From Chitinophagaceae bacterium (GTDB taxonomy: Bacteria > Bacteroidota > Bacteroidia > Chitinophagales > Chitinophagaceae), in assembly GCA_041752135.1 (NCBI GenBank), contig JBGSHT010000090.1:1888-65887 (forward strand): a stretch of 64,000 nucleotides of DNA. The letters are read 5' to 3'. This document shows positions 9,674 through 18,864 of this stretch, piece by piece; the first letter of the stretch is position 1; the number at the start of each line of letters is the position of its first letter. A model generated the notes under the pieces. It was not told the origin of the DNA and searched no databases. It saw only the letters and a list, made by a program, of their open reading frames with translations. Made by a program: the position numbers and the translations under genes.

Positions 9674-10186
9674 TTAATTCAGGTGTTTGGTGATCTCTTC
9701 GCTGTTGGGATTCACTTTGCTTGGAAATACACCGATCAGTTTACCTTTTTCGTCGAGGAGGAATTTGGTGAAGTTCCATTTGATTTCGGCATCCATTACG
9801 CCATTTTCCGATTTATTGGTAAGCCATTTGAATAAAGGGTGAATATCTGCGCCTTTAACAGAAACCTTTTCTGCCATCATAAAAGTAACTCCGTAGTTCT
9901 TCTTGCAGAATTCTTTGATCTCGGTGTTGGAGCCTGGTTCCTGTCCGCCGAAATTATTGGCAGGAAAACCAACGATTACCAGTTTTGACTTATAAGCTTC
10001 ATATAATTTCTGCAGATCCGCATATTGTGGAGTGTATCCGCATTCAGATGCTGTATTTACTATGAGTACTTTTTTGCCTTTAAATTTTGAGAAGTCAATC
10101 GTAGAGCCTTCCAGCGAAGGCACTTTGAAATCATATATAGTTGTAATGAATAGCAAGCCTGCAGAAAGCATCAGTATTTTTAACAT
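9674..10186 (-). CDS. Glutathione peroxidase family (Cys-type, probably thioredoxin-dependent)
   Basis: VNTASECGYTPQY, GFPANNFGGQEPG and WNFTKFL motifs; second Cys in EFCKKNYG; short hydrophobic N-terminus. Confidence 0.95.
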   Translation of the reverse strand: MLKILMLSAGLLFITTIYDFKVPSLEGSTIDFSKFKGKKVLIVNTASECGYTPQYADLQKLYEAYKSKLVIVGFPANNFGGQEPGSNTEIKEFCKKNYGVTFMMAEKVSVKGADIHPLFKWLTNKSENGVMDAEIKWNFTKFLLDEKGKLIGVFPSKVNPNSEEITKHLN

Positions 10187-10288
10187 GTTGGTAGTTTTTT
10201 ATTTTGGGGTGTAATAATATAACGTGTCAAAATTACGATTGTTCAGTTATAAAGAAATACCACTTAAATGGTATGAAGGAATTACTGT

Positions 10289-11689
10289 TCAATTTTTCTC
10301 AAAACAACCCATGTCTGGTTCTGAATCCCGGGGTTTCCCGTCAAGATCTGTTAAAATTCCAGTTGGGATACCCTTATTGATTGCGGGGGAAGGCCTGGTT
10401 TGAAGGCGGAAGTCAAAATAGCGACTCCCGGTATTAATGCTGTCAAAAAGTGGGTTCTGGTTTTTAAGGTTGTTGGTCAGGGTAGAAAACGCCGGATCCT
10501 GCTGTACTTTATAGATATTATGGCTGAAAACAACATTGAAAGGATTATTTCCTCTTTTACTTACCACGACTTCATCTTCCACGGAACCGTTATCGCCCCA
10601 GAATATATTATTGACAAAACTGGCATTGAGTGGAAATGTCCTGAGGCCCGACTGGCTGCTGTCCCAGTTGTTGAGTAAGAGCACAGGGTTTTTATGCAGA
10701 ACAAAAGCATTTGAATAACTCGCAATTGTATTATGTGTGAACGTGTAATTGCCACCATCGATAAGCAGCAGGTTAATGCCGCAGTTGCTCACCAGGCAGT
10801 TCGTGGCTTCGATGGATGTTTGTATACCGGTAATGCCGCCTTCATATACATTATTGATCACGCATTCCCGCAGGGTTAGTTTAGGGTTTGCATTTCCTGA
10901 TGGCTGTTCTGCAACAAGCCCCTGGTAAGCATTTTTAACAATGGCATATTGGAGGGTGTTATTTTTGCTGGAAGTACGGAAATAAATACCTGGCCAGCTT
11001 GCCGGAAGATCGCGGTAATCCGGGTCCAGCCTGTCTCCGGTGAAAATAACACTGTCGGTTTTTGTACCTGTCACGCTGAGCGTACCATCAACGATCAACG
11101 GGGCATCAGCATGTAAATAGATCCTTGCTCCTTTATCGATGGTGAGTGTGACATTGGTGTCAACAATCAGGCCGCCGAGTATGACATAAGGGAGTTCATT
11201 ACCGAAGCGGGTATCAACTCTGATAATTCCATTGCGAATGAAATTAGCATTTTGTCCGTATGCTTCCAGTTGGATTTTTTGTTCATTGCCATTATATCCA
11301 ACTAAAATACTGTCCTGAACCAGGAATGGCAGGTTATTGGCATTGGGAGAGATGGACACAGCTACAAAGAGATAGAGGCTGTCATTGGCCCTGATTTCCA
11401 GGTCGCGGATATCCTGGGATTCAAAACCATCTGCATTCATTCTGAAATAGGATGATTGACCGCCGGCCATCCGGATATGGCTCAGTTTAATTTTCTGGTC
11501 ATTTTCATTATAAATTTTGACCGTTCCGGTTACTGAACCGGTGGTGGTAAATATCGTATCAAAACGCAGGGTATCTATTGATAATCTTATCCGTGCTTCA
11601 GGACTTTCTGTAAATGTTTCTTTCCGGCAGGAATTCAGCCAGGTCAATAAACATATCAGCAGTCCGGTTAAAGCGATCCATTTCTTCAT
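10289..11689 (-). CDS. Hypothetical lipoprotein with parallel beta-helix region and C-terminal SPAINxG...DLDG...DxGxxE (choice-of-anchor Q-like) motif
   Basis: Lipobox-like MKKWIALTGLLICLLTWLNSC (start moved to 11689); Asn-rich beta-helix repeats; ends SPAINKG..TDLDGKPRDSEPDMGCFE. Confidence 0.75.
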   Translation of the reverse strand: MKKWIALTGLLICLLTWLNSCRKETFTESPEARIRLSIDTLRFDTIFTTTGSVTGTVKIYNENDQKIKLSHIRMAGGQSSYFRMNADGFESQDIRDLEIRANDSLYLFVAVSISPNANNLPFLVQDSILVGYNGNEQKIQLEAYGQNANFIRNGIIRVDTRFGNELPYVILGGLIVDTNVTLTIDKGARIYLHADAPLIVDGTLSVTGTKTDSVIFTGDRLDPDYRDLPASWPGIYFRTSSKNNTLQYAIVKNAYQGLVAEQPSGNANPKLTLRECVINNVYEGGITGIQTSIEATNCLVSNCGINLLLIDGGNYTFTHNTIASYSNAFVLHKNPVLLLNNWDSSQSGLRTFPLNASFVNNIFWGDNGSVEDEVVVSKRGNNPFNVVFSHNIYKVQQDPAFSTLTNNLKNQNPLFDSINTGSRYFDFRLQTRPSPAINKGIPTGILTDLDGKPRDSEPDMGCFEKN

Positions 11690-11717
11690 GTGGTATGTCA
11701 AAAATACGTTTTCCCCG

Positions 11718-12428
11718 CTATTGGTCGGCGAATGCAAGTGTGGCAATAAATAATGCCTTTATCCCGGCCTGGCAAATAACTTCCCCGCAGGCTTCCAGGC
11801 TGGCCCCGGTGGTGACCACATCATCTATCAGCAGGATCTTTTTTGCCCGCAGGACTTCCGGTTTATGCAGGCTGAAAACACCACCTACATTTTGCCATCT
11901 GTCCATACGGTTCTTATTTGTTTGCGACTCGGTATATCTGTTCCTGGCAATGGCATCGGTTATAAGCGGAATGTTTAGGATCTCCTGAACGCCTTTTGCG
12001 ATAACTGCTGCCTGGTTGTAACCCCGGGTTTTTTCTTTTTCGGGGTAAAGGGGTAACGGAACGATGCCGTCAATATTGCTGAAACGATCACTCTGTTGCA
12101 GGCTGTAACCAAGCAACCTGCCCATAACGATACCTGCTTCTTTATTGCCTTTATATTTCAATGCGTGCAAAGCTGATTGCGTTGTTGATGAACGCGTAAA
12201 ATAATACTGGCTGCAGGCAGCAGATACGGGGATGCGTCCCCAGAATAATTTTTCAATCGGGTTGCCTGCCTGACTGGCAAAATTTGTTTTTGGAAAACGG
12301 GAAATGCAGCGATAGCAAATGGCCTCATCGCGGCCGATATTATTGCTGCCGCATCCGGCACAGAGGTGCGGAAAAAATAGTGCACCGAATGCGTGGAGCC
12401 ATTCTGTAGCTTGTAAGAAAGCGGTCAT
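11718..12428 (-). CDS. comF: ComF family amidophosphoribosyltransferase-like competence protein
   Basis: N-terminal CxxC...CxxC, RGYNQA, and LLIDDVVTTGASL PRPP motif. Confidence 0.93.
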   Translation of the reverse strand: MTAFLQATEWLHAFGALFFPHLCAGCGSNNIGRDEAICYRCISRFPKTNFASQAGNPIEKLFWGRIPVSAACSQYYFTRSSTTQSALHALKYKGNKEAGIVMGRLLGYSLQQSDRFSNIDGIVPLPLYPEKEKTRGYNQAAVIAKGVQEILNIPLITDAIARNRYTESQTNKNRMDRWQNVGGVFSLHKPEVLRAKKILLIDDVVTTGASLEACGEVICQAGIKALFIATLAFADQ

Positions 12429-12607
12429 GCGTAACAGTTATTTTCTATGGAAACAAGTTACGCGCAGAAGCTGTTTAAACAATGTGTAAAACAACCTGCC
12501 CGAATGTTTTTAAACGGCAAACAGGTGTTGGTTTTACCACAAAGAAGCAATGGTGCAAGGGGGAAAAATGAACTAACGTAAACGTGTACTTGTAATTTAA
12601 GGAAACA

Positions 12608-13984
12608 TTAAGAAAACAACATTCTGTAAATTTCTTCCACCTGGCCTGCGGTAACCACTTCAATATTCCCTGTATATTTTTCGGAACTTTTCCGGTTGTA
12701 TTTGCTGATGATTATTTTTTCGAAGCCCAGTTTCTCGGCTTCGGAAATTCGCTGATCGATCCGGTTTACCGGCCTGATCTCTCCGCTTAATCCAACTTCG
12801 CCGGCGAAGCAGATTTTTTGCGAAACAGGGAGGTCCTCAATAGAACTTAACAGGGCGCAGACCATGGCAAGATCTATGGAAGGATCTTCAATTTTCAATC
12901 CGCCTGCTATGTTTACAAAGACATCTTTGGTTCCAAAAGGGAAACCGCCTCTTTTTTCCAGTACGGCCAGTAACAGTTGAATTCGGCGAAGGTCGAAGCC
13001 GCTGGCTGTGCGCTGGGGCGTGCCGTATACTGAAGGTGTTACGAGTGCCTGCACTTCAATTAAGAGTGGACGGAGCCCTTCCATTCCTGCACCGATGGCT
13101 ATACCGCTCAGCGGTTCTTCTTTTTGGTTTATAAGTATATCCGATGGGTTTTCAACCGGCTTCATTCCTTCACCGGTCATTTCATAGATACCCAGCTCAG
13201 ATGTAGATCCAAAGCGGTTCTTCGTTGTACGCAATATGCGATAGGCATAGTGCTGGTCGCCTTCAAATTGCAAGACGGTATCAACCATATGTTCCAGCAG
13301 TTTGGGTCCTGCGATGCTGCCGTCTTTGGTGATATGCCCGATCAGGAAAACAGGAGTATGTGTTTCCTTGGCAAAGCGCTGGAACTCTGCGGTACATTCC
13401 CTGATCTGGGAAATACTGCCGGGAGAGGAATCAAGATAGGGTGATTGTAATGTTTGTATAGAATCAACAATGACCAGTTGAGGTTTAATTTTTTTTATTT
13501 CCTGAAAAATGGTTTGTGTGGATGTTTCTGTGAGCAGGAAAAAATTAGCATGCTGTATATTGAGCCTGTTGGCGCGCATTTTTATCTGGTGTTCACTTTC
13601 TTCACCACTGATGTATAAGGTGGTTGTATCTTTCATCATCAGTGCATCCTGCAGAAAAAGTGTAGACTTACCAATGCCGGGTTCTCCGGCAGCAAGTACG
13701 AGACTGCCTGGAACAATGCCGCCCCCCAGTACGCGGTTGAGTTCTGAATCCGGGGTAACGATCCTTTCTTCATCCTGTATTTGTACATCGTCTAATGAAA
13801 TGCTCTTCATCAGTTTGTCGTTAACAGTATCTTCCTTCCATCTGATCCTGCTCTTTGCATCACCTTTATCTATGATCTCTTCCGTAAAACTATTCCATTC
13901 ATTACAGGAAGGACATTTTCCTGTCCACTTTGCTGACTCATAACCACAGTTCTTACAGAAAAATGCCTTTTTGATTTTATTCAT
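12608..13984 (-). CDS. radA: DNA repair protein RadA/Sms
   Basis: C4 zinc finger, GEPGIGKST Walker A, KNRFG motif and Lon-like C-terminal domain. Confidence 0.98.
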   Translation of the reverse strand: MNKIKKAFFCKNCGYESAKWTGKCPSCNEWNSFTEEIIDKGDAKSRIRWKEDTVNDKLMKSISLDDVQIQDEERIVTPDSELNRVLGGGIVPGSLVLAAGEPGIGKSTLFLQDALMMKDTTTLYISGEESEHQIKMRANRLNIQHANFFLLTETSTQTIFQEIKKIKPQLVIVDSIQTLQSPYLDSSPGSISQIRECTAEFQRFAKETHTPVFLIGHITKDGSIAGPKLLEHMVDTVLQFEGDQHYAYRILRTTKNRFGSTSELGIYEMTGEGMKPVENPSDILINQKEEPLSGIAIGAGMEGLRPLLIEVQALVTPSVYGTPQRTASGFDLRRIQLLLAVLEKRGGFPFGTKDVFVNIAGGLKIEDPSIDLAMVCALLSSIEDLPVSQKICFAGEVGLSGEIRPVNRIDQRISEAEKLGFEKIIISKYNRKSSEKYTGNIEVVTAGQVEEIYRMLFS

Positions 13985-14150
13985 GCTGTAAAGGTAGACC
14001 TGAATTCTCAGGCTTGTATGGTGAAAAATTTTTCAGCTGGCAGAAAAAAACACCGGAATTGATGCAGTGAAATTAAAGTTATCCTGTGTCAATCAAATAC
14101 AGGAAGTTTAATTCCGATAATCTTGAGATTGTATGTTTTAAAATTTTTGA

Positions 14151-14239
14151 CCACAGAGGACCGCAGAGATAAAAAGAGAACCACAAAGAGACGTATTTTT
14201 CTCAGCGGCCCTCAATTATTTCTCTGCGGTCAACTGTGG
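14151..14239. repeat. Long imperfect intergenic palindrome
   Basis: Arms CCACAGAGGACCGCAGAGA and TCTCTGCGGTCAACTGTGG pair at 17 of 19 positions, with partial inner pairing. Confidence 0.7.
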
Positions 14240-14371
14240 CCATTTTTTTTTACAGGATTATTTTATTCAGAAAATAAAAATGAATTTCATTCTTAAATTT
14301 TTTTCCTGCTCCTGATCATTTTTCTCCTTTCATTTTTTCAATGCAGGGAAAGAAAAATTACGGTCAGGTAT

Positions 14372-14430
14372 AAAAAGTAAAAGGGCCAACTTGCGCTGGC
14401 CCTTTGATACTTACTAACCCATTAAATTCT
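14372..14430 (-). ncRNA. Candidate small RNA (~60 nt) with its own promoter and terminator
   Basis: Minus strand: TTTG-18 nt-TAATTTAG (-33/-7-like, the latter at 14435-14442), then AAUUUAAUGGGUUAGUAAGU, then stem AAAGGGCCA/UGGCCCUUU and a U-tract. No credible CDS lies upstream on this strand. Confidence 0.5.
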
Positions 14431-14696
14431 TGCACTAAATTACAAATTGAAACCACATTACAAAATAATTTTTTTGAGGTGTGAATAACTTTTGTCCCTT
14501 TGGGGCTGCCTCTCAACGTACCAGCGCTATGATTCTGTAAAACCACATAAGTATATATAATTCAAGTATAAATAAATTAAAATAATTATAATATGTATGT
14601 GTCAATATGGCCCAGTACGGCCTGGCGCCCCCTAAAGGTTCCTGTCAAAAAGTCGCCTTTCCGGAGCTTTTGCACAGCTTGTCAGTCAGTACAAAA

Positions 14697-14713
14697 TTGG
14701 TAGCTAATTTGAT
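14697..14713 (+). promoter_or_regulatory. Putative sigma-54 (-24/-12) promoter of the zinc metallopeptidase gene
   Basis: TTGGTAGCTAATTTGAT has GG-N10-GA spacing, ~40 nt upstream of the ATG at 14754; TGTCA motifs lie upstream. Confidence 0.55.
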
Positions 14714-14753
14714 ATATCACCGGTGGTCCCGATCATTAAAAAAGGACACTATT

Positions 14754-15440
14754 ATGACATCAATCTGGATGGTTTCCATACTCTTTGTGGGTATCAGTAT
14801 GCTGGTTTCTTATCGTTTGCGCGCTAAGTTTGCCCAATATAATAAGGTATTCCTGTCTTCCGGCTTAAGCGGAAGGGAGGTAGCCGAGCGCATGTTACGC
14901 GAAAATGCGATTTATGACGTAAAAGTGGTTTCAGTGGACGGTTTTTTGTCTGACCACTATAATCCTGTAACAAAAACGGTCAATCTGAGTCCTGATGTAT
15001 ATAATAATAGTACCATCGCAGCGGCAGCGGTTGCAGCCCATGAGTGTGGCCATGCCGTCCAGCATGCCACAGCCTACCCATGGCTGACCTTCAGGAGTAA
15101 GATGGTACCGGCGGTGCAGGTAAGTTCCATGCTGATTCAATGGGTTTTGCTGGCCGGGATCCTGCTGATCAATGTATTTCCCCAGTTATTGCTGGCTGGA
15201 ATCGTTCTGTTTGCCCTGACAACGGTATTCTCCGTGGTTACTTTGCCGGTGGAGTTTGATGCAAGCAAGAGGGCGCTGGCCTGGTTGGGACAAACACAGG
15301 TTGCCAATGACCGTGAACAACCCCAGGCTAAAGATGCTTTGAACTGGGCTGCCCTAACTTATGTGGTTGCCGCCCTGGCTTCAATTGTTACTTTGGCACA
15401 ATATATAATGTTATACCTGGGAGGACGAAGCCGGGAATAA
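14754..15440 (+). CDS. Membrane zinc metallopeptidase, YugP/Zn_peptidase_2 family
   Basis: LSDHYNP, AVAAHECGHAVQH (HExxH), TLPVEFDASKRA and AALTYVVAAL. The real start is likely MTSIW at 14754, not 14607. Confidence 0.93.
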   Translation: MTSIWMVSILFVGISMLVSYRLRAKFAQYNKVFLSSGLSGREVAERMLRENAIYDVKVVSVDGFLSDHYNPVTKTVNLSPDVYNNSTIAAAAVAAHECGHAVQHATAYPWLTFRSKMVPAVQVSSMLIQWVLLAGILLINVFPQLLLAGIVLFALTTVFSVVTLPVEFDASKRALAWLGQTQVANDREQPQAKDALNWAALTYVVAALASIVTLAQYIMLYLGGRSRE

Positions 15441-15491
15441 TTGAGTTTTAAACCTGAAAAGGTTCTTTTTCTACCCATAAACGTTAAAATT

Positions 15492-15524
15492 ATAGCCACT
15501 CTCTCTAAAAAGAGTGGCTATTTT
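15492..15524 (+). terminator. Intrinsic terminator
   Basis: 11-bp stem ATAGCCACTCT/AGAGTGGCTAT followed by TTT. Confidence 0.75.
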
Positions 15525-15638
15525 CATGTATAAACGGTAAATAATGCAGCATTTATTAAAAACTGCTTGTCTAATTTAAATTCTTTGTTAAATTCGTTTT
15601 TTGGATAGTAAACGTCTTTTAAATCAAAATTCAACTGC

Positions 15639-18600
15639 ATGAGAAAACTTACACTGATTGTGTGCTGTTTGCTTTTTGCAATACCAACGGTATTTGCGCA
15701 AACAGTTGTAAAGGGGAGAATCACAGATGCCGATGGCAGCCCCTTGTCTGGTGTCTCCGTTAAAATAGCGGGCACTCAGGAAGGTACCATGACTGCAAAC
15801 GATGGTACTTTTTCGCTTCCTGTTAAGGATTTAAACACGATGTTGGAAATATCCTATATTGGATATGACCGTTTAAACATCAAAGCCGGTGCAAACCTGG
15901 CAAACCTCAGCCTCAGGCAAACCCCCGGCGGTCTGCAGGAAGTTGTTGTTACTGCCCAGGGTATCCGCAGGGATAAAAAAGCCCTTGGATATGCGGTAGC
16001 ATCGGTTGACAAAAAAGCATTGGAACTTCGCCCTGAGGGTGACGTTGTTCGTTTGTTACAAGGTAAAGCACCTGGTGTGGATATCCTTCAATCAAGCGGA
16101 ATGTCTGGTAGCGGTACCAACATCATTATTCGTGGTGTTAATACCATCAGTGGTAATTCCACTCCTTTGTTCATTGTTGATGGTGTGCCTTTTGACGCTT
16201 CTACCAATTCCCAGGCTAATTTCCAGTATGGTAACACTACATCCAGCCGTTTCCTTGACCTGGATCCAAACAGCATTGAAAGCATTAACGTACTGAAAGG
16301 TCTGAGTGCAACAACACTGTATGGTGAATTAGGTCGTAATGGTGTGGTTATGGTTACCACTAAAAACAGTGGTACTCGTAAGATCAACAAGAAAATGGAA
16401 GTAACTGTTACCCAGTCTCTTTTCGTTAACAAAGTTGCAAACCTGCCTGAATTCCAGGATTCATATGGTGGTGGATTCGACCAGAGCCTGGGTTTTGCAT
16501 TCTTCAGTAACTGGGGTGCTAAATTCAAAGACAGCGCTCCTTACGATTCAGTTGCTCACCCTTACGACAGGGCTGCCCTTAATGCGGCATTCCCTCAGTA
16601 CAAGGGCGCGAAATATGCATATAAGCCAAACAACAGTGTTGAGAACTTTTTCCGGACAGGTTTGATCCGTACCACTACAGTAGGTGTGGCTACTTCTCTG
16701 GGTGCAAATGCAAACTTCAATGCTAACTACACTTATATGGATGATGAAGGGTTTACGCCCGGCAACCGCCTGATCAAAAATACTTTTGGTCTTGGAGGTA
16801 ATGCTAAATTGTCTAACAATTTTACATTCTCCGGTACTTTCAACTATGCTATAACAGACTTTAAGTCGCCGCCCACTTCTACCAGCTTTGGTTCTAACCC
16901 TACTACATCTTCTGTATTTGGTAACCTGCTGTACACACCGCGTGCGGTTGACATCTTTGACCTGGAATATGAAAACCCACTGGATAAATCATCCGTGTAC
17001 TATCGCCCGAGCAATGATATCCAGCACCCGCTTTGGACAGTAAACAATTCATTCACCGGGCAAAAAGTGAACAGGATCTTCGGTAATATGTCGTTGAAAT
17101 ACGACATCATGAAGAACTGGAACATCTTGTACCGCGTGGGTTACGATCAGTATTCTGACTTAAACTTCTTTTCACAGAACAGGGGTGGTAAAGTTGGTGG
17201 AAACGATTTCACTCTTGGTCTGTACAGAACTGTAAATGGTTACAACACAATCTGGGATCACTCAATCATTACCGATTACAATACAGATTTGTCACGTAAC
17301 TGGAGGTTGAATCTGACTGCGGGTGCAAACTCTCAGGAAAGGATCTATACCCAGAATGGCCAACGCAGCACTCAGCAACTGGTTTACGGGTTGTTTGATC
17401 ATGATAACTTCATCGTTCATGATAACTTTTCTGAAGACGGATCACGTTTGGATTACAAATCACAGTTTTTATCCCTTGGTGTATTTGCCCAGGCAAACTT
17501 AGCATTCCGTGAGTATTTATACCTTTCAGTAGGTGGACGTAACAGTTGGGCTTCTACCCTTGAGGCAGATAATCGTTCCATATTCTATCCATCACTGACT
17601 GCTTCATTTATTCCAACTTCTGCTTTTGAAGGGTTGAAGAATAACAGGATGATTAATTACCTTAAGTTACGCGCGGGATATTCTACCAGTGCTAACTTTG
17701 GTGTTCCTTATACAACCCGCCCTGTACTCAATATCAATACCAACGTATTTGTTGATCGTGCAGGAACTGTTATTAATTCAAACAGTATCGACAACCGTTT
17801 AGCTAATCCCAATCTTCAGCCTGAATTGTTAAAAGAGTGGGAAGCTGGTTTGGAAGGTAAATTGTTTGATAACCGTTTTAGTTTTGATTTCACTTATTAC
17901 GACAGGAATTCACAAGACCAGATTCTTTCCCGTGACCTGGATCCTTCAACCGGATTTACCAGGACTTCAATTAACGCAGGTTCTGTACGTAACAAGGGTA
18001 TTGAAGTAGCACTTGGTTATACAGTGATCCGCAACCGTAACTGGAACTGGCAGTTAGATGTAAACTATTTCCAGAACAGGAACAAAGTGACATTGCCATC
18101 AGATATTGAGCAGATCGTTATCGATGGTTTCACAAACGAAGGTTTGTTTGCGATCGATGGACAACCGCTGGGTGTGATCAAAGCAGCTTATACCGTAAAA
18201 GATTCCGGTACAACTGCAGTTTCTGCCAAGCCAACCGGCCTGAGGGTTGTTGATGATAATGGTAACTATATCACCTCAAACGAAATCGCAATCATTGGTG
18301 ATCCAAACCCTGATTTCAAAATGACTGCCATCAGTACATTGAGCTTCAAAGGAATCACCTTCCGTATGCAGTGGGATTATACACAGGGTGGAGACATGCT
18401 GGCTTATACTCCCGGTACAGTTGTTGGTCGTGGTTTGTCAAAAGACACCGATTTCGATCGTCTGCAACCGTTGATCCTTCCAGGTGTGAAGCGTGATGGT
18501 TCACCTAATGATATCCAGATCAGTCCTTCAAGCGCATACTTCAATAACCTGAGTGGTTTCTTTGGTATGCAGGATCTGATCACTTACGATGCCACCATGA

Positions 18601-18845
18601 TCAGGTTAAGGGAGCTTTCTCTCTCTTATTCTGTTCCGGCCAACGTGTTGAGCAAATCTCCATTCGGAGCAATAAGCATTACATTCTCTGGTCAGAACCT
18701 GTGGTACAACGCACCTAACTTCCCTAAATACGTTAACTTTGATCCGGAGACATCCTCTCTGGGTGTTAGTAATGTACGTGGCCTGGAATATCTTTCCGGT
18801 CCTACTTCAAAGCGTTATGGTGTGAGTGTAAGGGTATCTTTCTAA
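15639..18845 (+). CDS. susC: SusC/RagA family TonB-dependent outer membrane transporter
   Basis: Signal peptide, N-terminal extension, LQEVVVTAQG, PLFIVDGVP, IESINVLKG..YG..GRNGVVMVTTK plug motifs; C-terminal Phe. Confidence 0.97.
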   Translation: MRKLTLIVCCLLFAIPTVFAQTVVKGRITDADGSPLSGVSVKIAGTQEGTMTANDGTFSLPVKDLNTMLEISYIGYDRLNIKAGANLANLSLRQTPGGLQEVVVTAQGIRRDKKALGYAVASVDKKALELRPEGDVVRLLQGKAPGVDILQSSGMSGSGTNIIIRGVNTISGNSTPLFIVDGVPFDASTNSQANFQYGNTTSSRFLDLDPNSIESINVLKGLSATTLYGELGRNGVVMVTTKNSGTRKINKKMEVTVTQSLFVNKVANLPEFQDSYGGGFDQSLGFAFFSNWGAKFKDSAPYDSVAHPYDRAALNAAFPQYKGAKYAYKPNNSVENFFRTGLIRTTTVGVATSLGANANFNANYTYMDDEGFTPGNRLIKNTFGLGGNAKLSNNFTFSGTFNYAITDFKSPPTSTSFGSNPTTSSVFGNLLYTPRAVDIFDLEYENPLDKSSVYYRPSNDIQHPLWTVNNSFTGQKVNRIFGNMSLKYDIMKNWNILYRVGYDQYSDLNFFSQNRGGKVGGNDFTLGLYRTVNGYNTIWDHSIITDYNTDLSRNWRLNLTAGANSQERIYTQNGQRSTQQLVYGLFDHDNFIVHDNFSEDGSRLDYKSQFLSLGVFAQANLAFREYLYLSVGGRNSWASTLEADNRSIFYPSLTASFIPTSAFEGLKNNRMINYLKLRAGYSTSANFGVPYTTRPVLNINTNVFVDRAGTVINSNSIDNRLANPNLQPELLKEWEAGLEGKLFDNRFSFDFTYYDRNSQDQILSRDLDPSTGFTRTSINAGSVRNKGIEVALGYTVIRNRNWNWQLDVNYFQNRNKVTLPSDIEQIVIDGFTNEGLFAIDGQPLGVIKAAYTVKDSGTTAVSAKPTGLRVVDDNGNYITSNEIAIIGDPNPDFKMTAISTLSFKGITFRMQWDYTQGGDMLAYTPGTVVGRGLSKDTDFDRLQPLILPGVKRDGSPNDIQISPSSAYFNNLSGFFGMQDLITYDATMIRLRELSLSYSVPANVLSKSPFGAISITFSGQNLWYNAPNFPKYVNFDPETSSLGVSNVRGLEYLSGPTSKRYGVSVRVSF

Positions 18846-18864
18846 TTTTAAAATCGAGTATAAC

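Noticed and set aside
9674-10186. Selenocysteine glutathione peroxidase
   Set aside because: The active-site codon is TGC (Cys) and there is no in-frame TGA.
14364-14546. 60-aa minus-strand ORF
   Set aside because: GTG start, no recognisable features, and it reads through the terminator hairpin. A non-coding interpretation is preferred, though not proven.
14607-14753. 49-aa N-terminal extension of the zinc peptidase
   Set aside because: It overlaps the predicted promoter motifs, and the family-like sequence begins at the ATG at 14754.
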